From positions 3,747-67,746 of IMG/VR virus record IMGVR_UViG_3300028832_000138: 64,000 nucleotides of DNA; one strand, 5' to 3'. The position numbers and the translations under genes are program-made. Numbering within the stretch: the first letter of the stretch is position 1; the number at the start of each line of letters is the position of its first letter. Below the pieces are notes generated by a model, which worked only from the letters and a program-made list of their open reading frames with translations, did not search any database and had not been told where the DNA came from. Origin of the DNA: a virus. Taxonomy: Duplodnaviria > Caudoviricetes. This document shows positions 55,347-64,000 of the stretch, one piece after another.

Positions 55347-57524
55347 TTATAATTGTGATGGCCATACTCTAAATACAACTGCAGATCTTTCTTGAGCAAC
55401 TTGTTCTATACCTGAACAAACAGCACTATTAGAAACTGCATTATCACTTGTTGGATCTAAAGTATCATCAATAGATATTTTAGCACTTGCTAATTCATAT
55501 TCAGTTGCACCTACTGTACTATAACCACCATATTGGAATTTGAATCTTTTATTGTAAGTTAAATCTTGAGTATTATAAGATTGAGTCAAATCTCCAATAG
55601 ATAAACCATTTAAATATACAATGTAATTATTACTACTATTGTTTAATAATTGTAATACTTGTTCAGCTGGTTGTGTTGATGAGGTTGATAATGAAAATAA
55701 CTTTACATCAAGATTTTCTGGATCTGATACAAATTTAGTTTTTATAACACCACCAATTACTTTTGCATAATTACCTACAGTAGAATTACTATAGTTATTA
55801 GTAAATGATATATGTATTTGTTCCGTATCAGTTGGATCATTAGTGTTTACTAAAAGTATAGATATTTCACCACTAGCAATTAGAGATGCTTGATAAAATT
55901 TCCAAGTTGGTGTTGAATTTGCTGATATAGTTACACTACTATCACAAACATATGGTGATACTCTCTTTTCCATTAAAGATATAAATGTAGAGAAAGCAGG
56001 AACTTGATTACGATAACCTCCAAGATAACTAGATGATGAATTACCATTCATATTATCCATTGGTTGAATAGATGACACTCTTCCACCAGAGGTATATGTT
56101 AATAAATTCGATAGAGCAGTATTAGTATTAAATGTTGATGGAATACCTAATACTTCACCTTGTTTCAATGGATTTGCTCGTGTAATACCTTTTGTTGATT
56201 TATAATAATGATTAGCTGTTTGATCATAAGTAAGATTTACATCCCAGATATTATACATAGCAGGGTCATTCCAACCATAATCTTCACCTGCCATTGAGCT
56301 ATGACATGGTTCATCATCAGTCATATTCATATACCAATAATAATCCCCTTGATCCCAAGTAGCTGATGATAAATTCCAAAATACATTATCTTCTGTAGAT
56401 AAACTATGAGGTAATATCATTTCATAATCATCATCCCAATAATAAATAGTATTATCAGTCCCAAATACTATTTTATCTTCATACCAATCACATAAACTAT
56501 CATCATCATACCAACAAGAACCTTTTACATAATAATAGTCATCATTACCTGGTGAATACATTCTAATGAATATTGAGTCTTGTGATGGTTCACGAGTAAA
56601 TCTTGATAAACTTGTTTCAAACCAACCATTAGCATCATCTACTGCTATAATTTCATCACCAATTTCAGTAGTATCTACACCACCCCAAGTTTGGTCAGCC
56701 ATAGAGCAATATAAACCTTGATTGATTATTTCGCCTTCTTGTAGATAGCCAAAATTATAATCATATCTTACATCATATGCGAAATAGTATATCTTATTAT
56801 TTACACTATTTCTATAAGCATAGATTAATCTTTTTTCATCATTATAGTCCCAAGTTGCTCGACCACCTATTTTAGTAATAGTATTAGTAGAAGTATCAAA
56901 GTCATATATTCTTAAATTTAAAGCTTCATAATAAGGATCTGTTTCTTCGTTAATATAATCAACATATCCCTGAATCAACCAATCCCCCAAAGTTATATCT
57001 TCAAAAAGTCCAATACCTTCATCCCAAACATTATTCCCAACACTAAGACAAAAATCCGAACCTGTAACTGGATTATATGCAAATGCTAAATCACTTAATT
57101 CAGAAGTTACTTGATAAGTAGAAAAATATATTATATTACCTGTATTATCTGATTCTGGATTAAAAGTATAAGCAAGTTCATATATATCACCTTCAAATTC
57201 TTTTGGAACACTAACCCATCTTGATAGTAATGGTGAATTTGGATGAAATCCTTCCCAAACATAATAACAATTTTGATCTTCTACATAATAAGCTGTTCCA
57301 AAATTATTAGCAATTGACCAGTTTACAGTTGTATTGTAATCAGGAAGATTATTATAACTTGCAACTGAACTTATTTGTCTCCCAAAAGGATATTCAAATT
57401 CAATTATATCACCTGCTTCAAAATTATCAAGTCTAGGTGTACACATATTGAATTTATACTTAAACTTACGGCTAGATAACGCATTATTTACACTATCTTT
57501 TGTAGGTGTTGTGTTTAGTATCAT
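55347..57524 (-). CDS. large Tyr/Asp/Trp-rich putative structural protein
   Basis: 725-aa ORF with an AGGGAG SD in the fibre operon; no family recognised. Confidence 0.75.
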   Translation of the reverse strand: MILNTTPTKDSVNNALSSRKFKYKFNMCTPRLDNFEAGDIIEFEYPFGRQISSVASYNNLPDYNTTVNWSIANNFGTAYYVEDQNCYYVWEGFHPNSPLLSRWVSVPKEFEGDIYELAYTFNPESDNTGNIIYFSTYQVTSELSDLAFAYNPVTGSDFCLSVGNNVWDEGIGLFEDITLGDWLIQGYVDYINEETDPYYEALNLRIYDFDTSTNTITKIGGRATWDYNDEKRLIYAYRNSVNNKIYYFAYDVRYDYNFGYLQEGEIINQGLYCSMADQTWGGVDTTEIGDEIIAVDDANGWFETSLSRFTREPSQDSIFIRMYSPGNDDYYYVKGSCWYDDDSLCDWYEDKIVFGTDNTIYYWDDDYEMILPHSLSTEDNVFWNLSSATWDQGDYYWYMNMTDDEPCHSSMAGEDYGWNDPAMYNIWDVNLTYDQTANHYYKSTKGITRANPLKQGEVLGIPSTFNTNTALSNLLTYTSGGRVSSIQPMDNMNGNSSSSYLGGYRNQVPAFSTFISLMEKRVSPYVCDSSVTISANSTPTWKFYQASLIASGEISILLVNTNDPTDTEQIHISFTNNYSNSTVGNYAKVIGGVIKTKFVSDPENLDVKLFSLSTSSTQPAEQVLQLLNNSSNNYIVYLNGLSIGDLTQSYNTQDLTYNKRFKFQYGGYSTVGATEYELASAKISIDDTLDPTSDNAVSNSAVCSGIEQVAQERSAVVFRVWPSQL

Positions 57525-57541
57525 TTTATAAAACTCCCTAA

Positions 57542-60500
57542 TTACATTATTATAATATTTATTATTATATCGTTGCTTGGCAAGTTAGTGCATGTAAAGG
57601 TTAATTCACCATTATTTTGTCCAGTACATACAATGTTTGCTGCCATATAATCTGCCATTGAGTTTGGATGTGGAACTGGTAATACAATACTTGAAACTGT
57701 CAAATCACTTATACCTGTAATTGTCAATTCATTTGTATTTGTATCCCATTCGCTTGCTTCTAATGTCAATACTGCTGAATGTACATTTGAACTTGCTTCT
57801 TGTACATATTGTTTTACAGCATATATAGTTGGAATTGAATTCAAATCAGTATATCCATCAGTATCATCCATATCATTCTTAACTTGATAACTTCTCTTTA
57901 CGACACCATATTTTTCAATACTCGGTATAAATGAACTATCATTCAAATCTATAGTATTGAATTTCAATACGATATTATAATCAACATTTGGATCATCTGG
58001 ATTGACCAATGTAACTGTATCAACTGATAAAGGTGAATCCCCAAGTTCTGGTGTTATTGAGAATATTTGTTTCAAATGACCTAATGTATCAATTTCTAAT
58101 AATATAGAAACTTCTTCATTACCATCTTCTGTTACAAAGTTAGAAGTTACAGTATGAACACCTGACTCCCAGTTTTCACCAGATTGATCAACTCTAACTA
58201 AACTATAATAATATCTCTTGAAATCACTTGATTTTGTAAACGTATGTCTGAAATTCTTATTAGTTAAAGCAGGAACTACAAAACCAGTTGTAGGATGAGA
58301 TGTATACAATTCCATAAAGTTGGTATCATATAAATCTGTAATCTTACCTTTGAAGTTTACAAATGCAGGTGAAGTGATATAGAAGTTATCTGGTGAATAT
58401 ACAAATGCATGTTGTGCAATATATGAAATATTGTAATTAGTACCTGCAGTTGCTTCAGCCAAATCTGATGAACATTCTTCTAATCTAATACCATTAGGAT
58501 ATGTTCTAAATGCAGAAATAACTTCTGAACGATATGCTTTTGCGGTTCCATTGACTGTTCTAATCAAGCAATAGAAGTAGTGCTTTGTATAATCTTCTTC
58601 TGTTCCTACATTACGGCAATCAATTGCTTCAATGCTTTCTATACCACCTTCACCTTCAAAACTACCACGTAATTGGATTAAATCGTCATCTTTTATTACT
58701 AGATTATTCTTCATCCAACCATAAGTAGTGTTTTTAGATAAATCTGGTGTTATCATATCACCATTTTGTACAGATAAGTTACCAAAGGTCCAAACACCAC
58801 TATTATTTCCTTCTATTATTGAACTTTGGTTAACATATATTTTTAATCCAGAACCACCAGTAGTACCATGGAATACAATGCTATTTGAATTATATGCCAT
58901 TGGATCTTGCATATAACGACCACCATTAATTAAAGCAATATCTTCTACTGCTCCATTGGCATCTACTTGTGTAATTTCAATAGTAGCTGGATCAGCACCA
59001 TCAGTCAACATACCAAGAAGTGTAAATCTTTCACCAACTTGATAACCTTGACCACCACCATTTGATGATATACGGACAGAACCAATTGTAAAGGTTGGCA
59101 TTACACGAAATACAGCTGTTTTGAATCTACTATATCCAGTAATAGGATCAACATTCATTGCTTCATTAGCTCCAATAGTTCCAAAACCATTTATATATGA
59201 AGCTGCAGAAGCGGTACTATATTGTCCAGGACATACCCAAGCACTATCATCATCTATCATGTAGATAAATGCAACATAATTTGTTTGTACTAATACTTGA
59301 CTACCTTGACTAAGATATTCTGCTCGTGGTGCATTATAACGATTCCAACTTGAATCAATAGAAGATGATGTATTATAAGTAGTTGTTAAGTATGCTTTGT
59401 TATTTGAACCTTTCATAATATATTCATATGAGAAATGTTCATAATTAGGCATATCAGAACCAGATAAGTTCTTATAAAGGTATCCAGGAGTAACTACACC
59501 ATAACATTCATAATTACTATCTAATACACTTACATTACTTGTGTCAAACTTTATTATACTAGTTGTACTATTAGCATATGGATAGAAAGATGATCCTATA
59601 TCTACAGAACAACTTGCAGTATTTGATACTAATATCTTGTTTGAAGATGGTACTGTCCATAAACCGTTACCAGCTCCATAGAATTTATTACCATCACTTA
59701 TAGAGAAATATAAACCACCTTGCCCATCAGAACAAACATCTTCCATTTTACCATGAGCACGATTTAGATTTACATCAGATAAAATAGTAGAATAGAAACT
59801 TTCCCAAGCAGAACCTTCATAAGCAATTTGCCAATTGATAAGATCTTTAGAGATGTACCAACTATTTTGTTCTAATTGGTAATATGTTCTCCAAATCATT
59901 GTATTACTTATTGTACCATTACTAAGCTTAAATAAATGGAAATTTTCTCCATCATGCTTAAATACAAATTTACTGCTATAAAAATTTGAAGTACTGCTAA
60001 CAGCATACAAATAATCAATTGGTCCAGGTAAAGTTTCCCAAGTATTATTCGAAGGATCAAATACTCTAAATCTAAATCCAAACACTGCAGGGTGTGCTGT
60101 ATATCTATATTCTAGATAACTATATAATTCTACAGCATAAATTTTATTATCAAAACAACAAGTAGCTTTGAGATAATCAGTATCTGTGCTATTTGTCAAC
60201 ATACTCATATTAAATATGTCACTTTCTGGTGCAGTAAGAACTCTACCATTTGATAAGATATAGTAAATATTACCATTCAAGTATTCAAAACCAATCAAAG
60301 TTGCATCACTATTATAACTTACACTAGATAAATTTGACCAATTCACACCATCAGATGAATAAGTTATATATACAGTTTGATCAATTGTTGTAGCAGCAAT
60401 ATAACTATATGTTGTATCTTCTGTTGAGATTAAGAAATCATAACGTACATCAACAATTTCAGATCCTGTATCATATGTGATTGGCATTACTATATCACTC

Positions 60501-63500
60501 AAAGTATTTGTCCAATCTGTTCCATCAAAGAATGAAACAGCACCACCAGCTCTGCCATTTGTCCATGCTTCAACAACTGCAGTAGGATCTACTGGTGAAT
60601 CAAATACAACTTTACGATAATTATAATTATTAATATCTTTTACAATAGTAAAGTTATAAACTTGAACACCATCAACACGTACTTTTGCAGTAACTGATCC
60701 AGTATTATAATAACCTAAGCCATATTCAGTATTACCTGAACCACTTATTTCAGTTAAAGTAACATAACTAGGTACAAGATCAGGCCATGTTCCACCCGCA
60801 ATCCAACCTGCTTGTTGAGATACTGCAATTAAACCACCATTTATACGATCTTGAGTTATCAAATGTGTACAGTAATCATTCATTCCAGTTTGAGCAATTT
60901 CATTTACTTCAAACCCTTTTTCAACAGTATTAAGTCCAACAACTCCATAATAATCAATACCTCTTACGATATTGCCTTTCATGATTTCAAAATCAGCAGA
61001 AGATTGTTTGAAACTACCTTTTGAACAGTAACTATAATAATACTGTCCATCTTCAAGCATTAAAACACCTTTATAGGTTCTTTCTTCATTACTATTATGT
61101 AAGAATATTGTATATTCAGCTGTTGTGCCATTATAAAGAGTCACTGGCTTACAATCATCAACAAACACCCCAGATAAATATTCAAATACTCCGTAATTTA
61201 CATCAATATTTACAACATAAGGATTACTTCTTTCTACTAAAGTATTTTCCTTAAGATTTCTAACACTAGGTGATGATATGTTTTCTACAACAAGATAACG
61301 TAATGTACTGTAATATTCTTGACCTGTTATCAATACTAATGTATCTCTATCATGGTCATATGTTCCGCCTAAAACTTGACGATTATATTGACTTGATATA
61401 ATTTCATCAGATTCATTTAATAATGTATTAATTCTAAATATACCAAAATAATCATCAGATTCATTAACACGTCTATAATTTACTACTTGGTAATATACAT
61501 TATTTTCAGTTTGTGATGGGATTACATAACATATATCATATCTGATATAATCACTTCCACCACTTTGAATAACTGTAGAAACTTGGAATGGAGTATCATA
61601 TCTGATTGCTTTATCATTCATGATCATTTGAGTATCTGTAATATTGATACCGTAATCATCAATTATACGATAGTATCTAGAATTATGATTTCCCCACATT
61701 TCAATACCATTCAACTGTGGTTTATTGATTAGATATTCATAAGAATAATTACCATTTTCTAACCAATATTGTGTTACATAATTATTAGCAATTAAGTAAT
61801 CTGCTGTAATATAACCAGAAGCATCAAGTATTGAATTTACATAACCTTCAGTAGCATATCTATCTAATGCTCTATTTACACCCATCCAAATTGGATAATT
61901 CTTTTCACCATTTTGTATTTGTCTACGTGTATAAGCTATAGGGGTTTCAAATCTATAATCACCAGTTTCTTGATCTTGTACTAAATCAACATCATCCCAC
62001 ATAAAGATAGTATGAGAACTTTCTAAACGATCTGGAGTACTATCCATAATACGATTATATGCACTACTATAATCAAATTCCATATCACGTTCTTGGAATG
62101 ATTGTGCTGCAGTATTGATTGTAACTTGATATAATCTTTTAGCATCATAATCCAAGAAACCTGATACTTTGTAAACATGATCTGATTCTTTGTATACACT
62201 ATAATCATCAGAGAAACCTTGGCATTTTGTATAAATTCTTGCTACTACTCGATCTACGGAAGTATCAAATAAATTCAAATACAAGAATGCTGAGGCATCT
62301 TCATAAGCATATACTAACAAATATCTTTCATCTATTTTTAAGATATTTCTAATTTCACATTTGCCATTATTATCATTATTAAATTGATAACCCAAATATG
62401 CTAAATTATCACAAGCAGGATTTATTGAATCCAATGGAAATTTATAAATTGTTCCATGTGGAAATTCAATATAATTTCCATATACATCTGTGAAATGTTC
62501 ATTACCATTACGGATATACAAATAGGCAACATCAGTTCCACCAGTAGTCATTACTTGATAATCAAAACCAGAGTCTTTATCTGGGTTACGACCCCAACCA
62601 CGACCTAAACCTGATGCTTCATACCCACCAGCTGAAAATCTACCGCTATAACCCATAGGCATTTCAGCATAGCCATTTCGTATATCAAATTTTACTGGAT
62701 ATACACCACCTGCAGTTCCATTACCTAATTCTTGGAATGCATAGATATAATCACCTTGAACTCTCAAACGATTCAAGAAGATTTTATAATTTCTATAATA
62801 ATCAAAATCATATAATTGCCATGAATTAACCACTGCCTGATTAAAACTATATTCATTTAAATAATCTGGATCAATCTTTGCTAAAATACAAGGTGAAGTA
62901 ATAGCAAAGAACCATCTCTTATTATCATTTTGTGTATCAATCCATTCAACTACATTAGAAGCAAATCCTGATAATAGCCCTGATGTAGGTTCACCATATC
63001 TATAATACCAGTTGTAAGTTGCAATCATATTAGGATCTGGATTCAATGGATATAGCATATCATTTTGATTCATTCCATTATTCACAAGTTTTCCACTTGA
63101 TTTTTCAATGATACCAAATGCTGGATATTCTCTTTCTTCCTGGTTATACCAATAATTACCAATTGTGTCACTTGGTAAACTACCAAAGATGAATGCTGTA
63201 TTATCATCTCTTGGTAAGAATGATGAGCAACCCCAATTCATAATGCAAGGATATGTTGTAGATGCTACCGCTTGTAAATTAGAAGATGATTCCTTAAATA
63301 ATTCATTAATTATTTTAGTACCATTTGCTTTTTGATTAGAAGTCAAATCTACAAATGAACCCGATAAATCTTGAGCAGTTGTTTCAGATGTTAGAATTAC
63401 ACCATCAATTGCAGGTCTGTTTTCTAATTCATTATAATCAGTTACACCTGGTTGAACATCTTTTTGAACCCAATCATAATATTCATATTCAGGTCTATAT

Positions 63501-64000
63501 GTTAAATTGAATCTGTAATCACGTTCTGGTTCATCATTAAATGAATATGGAACTGGTATATAATCAATCAATATATAATCAGAAGTTGTATATGGAAATG
63601 GAGCACGTGGATTATTTAAAACAATACCAATACTTGCCAATTGATCGCTTGTATATTCAGCACCTGTAAGATTATAATACCACCTTGCTTCACTATAACT
63701 TCCATCTACTGTATTTCTAAATGATAATTGTAACAAGTCACCTTCATATATATAACCATTATCTACAAGTGTTTTATATCCATATGCTTTAAATAAATCA
63801 ATATCTAAGTGATCTAATCCACCACCGTTTCCAGAACCTTCAAATGCAGATTTAGATACTCTAAATATATCTTTATCTGCAGGTTTGTACATCAACGTAA
63901 ATGTATCACCTGTTATAAATGGTGTAGTTGGTGCTCTACTTGGAGAAGATAATGTAATACCATAATCTGCTGGATCTGCTGAAACATCATCTAATGTCCA
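57542..64000 (-). CDS. giant (more than 2150 aa) putative receptor-binding/structural protein, 5'-truncated by the window
   Basis: The frame stays open from the track start at 63895 to the edge (WTLDDVSADPADYGITLSSPSRAPTTPFITGDTFTLMYKP); beta-rich; two YxxLxN(R/K)PxxxG motifs. Confidence 0.8.
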   Translation of the reverse strand, partial: WTLDDVSADPADYGITLSSPSRAPTTPFITGDTFTLMYKPADKDIFRVSKSAFEGSGNGGGLDHLDIDLFKAYGYKTLVDNGYIYEGDLLQLSFRNTVDGSYSEARWYYNLTGAEYTSDQLASIGIVLNNPRAPFPYTTSDYILIDYIPVPYSFNDEPERDYRFNLTYRPEYEYYDWVQKDVQPGVTDYNELENRPAIDGVILTSETTAQDLSGSFVDLTSNQKANGTKIINELFKESSSNLQAVASTTYPCIMNWGCSSFLPRDDNTAFIFGSLPSDTIGNYWYNQEEREYPAFGIIEKSSGKLVNNGMNQNDMLYPLNPDPNMIATYNWYYRYGEPTSGLLSGFASNVVEWIDTQNDNKRWFFAITSPCILAKIDPDYLNEYSFNQAVVNSWQLYDFDYYRNYKIFLNRLRVQGDYIYAFQELGNGTAGGVYPVKFDIRNGYAEMPMGYSGRFSAGGYEASGLGRGWGRNPDKDSGFDYQVMTTGGTDVAYLYIRNGNEHFTDVYGNYIEFPHGTIYKFPLDSINPACDNLAYLGYQFNNDNNGKCEIRNILKIDERYLLVYAYEDASAFLYLNLFDTSVDRVVARIYTKCQGFSDDYSVYKESDHVYKVSGFLDYDAKRLYQVTINTAAQSFQERDMEFDYSSAYNRIMDSTPDRLESSHTIFMWDDVDLVQDQETGDYRFETPIAYTRRQIQNGEKNYPIWMGVNRALDRYATEGYVNSILDASGYITADYLIANNYVTQYWLENGNYSYEYLINKPQLNGIEMWGNHNSRYYRIIDDYGINITDTQMIMNDKAIRYDTPFQVSTVIQSGGSDYIRYDICYVIPSQTENNVYYQVVNYRRVNESDDYFGIFRINTLLNESDEIISSQYNRQVLGGTYDHDRDTLVLITGQEYYSTLRYLVVENISSPSVRNLKENTLVERSNPYVVNIDVNYGVFEYLSGVFVDDCKPVTLYNGTTAEYTIFLHNSNEERTYKGVLMLEDGQYYYSYCSKGSFKQSSADFEIMKGNIVRGIDYYGVVGLNTVEKGFEVNEIAQTGMNDYCTHLITQDRINGGLIAVSQQAGWIAGGTWPDLVPSYVTLTEISGSGNTEYGLGYYNTGSVTAKVRVDGVQVYNFTIVKDINNYNYRKVVFDSPVDPTAVVEAWTNGRAGGAVSFFDGTDWTNTLSDIVMPITYDTGSEIVDVRYDFLISTEDTTYSYIAATTIDQTVYITYSSDGVNWSNLSSVSYNSDATLIGFEYLNGNIYYILSNGRVLTAPESDIFNMSMLTNSTDTDYLKATCCFDNKIYAVELYSYLEYRYTAHPAVFGFRFRVFDPSNNTWETLPGPIDYLYAVSSTSNFYSSKFVFKHDGENFHLFKLSNGTISNTMIWRTYYQLEQNSWYISKDLINWQIAYEGSAWESFYSTILSDVNLNRAHGKMEDVCSDGQGGLYFSISDGNKFYGAGNGLWTVPSSNKILVSNTASCSVDIGSSFYPYANSTTSIIKFDTSNVSVLDSNYECYGVVTPGYLYKNLSGSDMPNYEHFSYEYIMKGSNNKAYLTTTYNTSSSIDSSWNRYNAPRAEYLSQGSQVLVQTNYVAFIYMIDDDSAWVCPGQYSTASAASYINGFGTIGANEAMNVDPITGYSRFKTAVFRVMPTFTIGSVRISSNGGGQGYQVGERFTLLGMLTDGADPATIEITQVDANGAVEDIALINGGRYMQDPMAYNSNSIVFHGTTGGSGLKIYVNQSSIIEGNNSGVWTFGNLSVQNGDMITPDLSKNTTYGWMKNNLVIKDDDLIQLRGSFEGEGGIESIEAIDCRNVGTEEDYTKHYFYCLIRTVNGTAKAYRSEVISAFRTYPNGIRLEECSSDLAEATAGTNYNISYIAQHAFVYSPDNFYITSPAFVNFKGKITDLYDTNFMELYTSHPTTGFVVPALTNKNFRHTFTKSSDFKRYYYSLVRVDQSGENWESGVHTVTSNFVTEDGNEEVSILLEIDTLGHLKQIFSITPELGDSPLSVDTVTLVNPDDPNVDYNIVLKFNTIDLNDSSFIPSIEKYGVVKRSYQVKNDMDDTDGYTDLNSIPTIYAVKQYVQEASSNVHSAVLTLEASEWDTNTNELTITGISDLTVSSIVLPVPHPNSMADYMAANIVCTGQNNGELTFTCTNLPSNDIIINIIIM

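Noticed and set aside
1-64000. Stop-codon reassignment
   Set aside because: Very long ORFs are intact in the standard code, and TAG (2496, 30323, 47140) and TGA (39388) end genes at sensible boundaries.
1-64000. CRISPR array, tRNA/rRNA genes, introns, inteins, integrase or transposase
   Set aside because: Intergenic gaps are short and explained by promoters, terminators or small ORFs; I recognised no such signatures. tRNAscan/Infernal could not be run.

Overview
This is an AT-rich (about 30% GC by eye), densely coding segment of a large myovirus or jumbo-type phage, in standard genetic code, with nearly all genes on the minus strand. In transcription order (right to left) it holds five blocks. 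(1) An adhesin/fibre cluster: a giant protein running off the right edge, three BspA-type LRR proteins, three paralogous fibre cassettes and chaperones. (2) A plus-strand metallophosphoesterase cassette. (3) A UvsW-like helicase, VRR-NUC nuclease and SWIM-finger genes. (4) Acidic, probably head-associated proteins. (5) A T4-like contractile tail and baseplate module (sheath, tube and tube paralogs, M15 peptidase, hub chaperone, tape-measure-like protein, gp53/gp27/gp5/gp25/gp6/gp7-like genes), followed by a second fibre cluster and a radical SAM operon at the left edge. The most notable observations are: a strand-oriented AGTTCTAT motif upstream of 10 genes (candidate phage-specific late promoter); an unannotated 59-codon ORF reachable by a +1 slip on a U7 run in the hub-chaperone gene; a glycine-rich domain apparently split between two fibre genes; a 20-aa glycine-zipper shared by the tape-measure-like protein and a putative head protein; and extensive reuse of a few small modules across virion proteins. 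I saw no tRNA, rRNA, CRISPR array, integrase, transposase or reverse transcriptase. All family names come from motif recognition by eye, not database searches.
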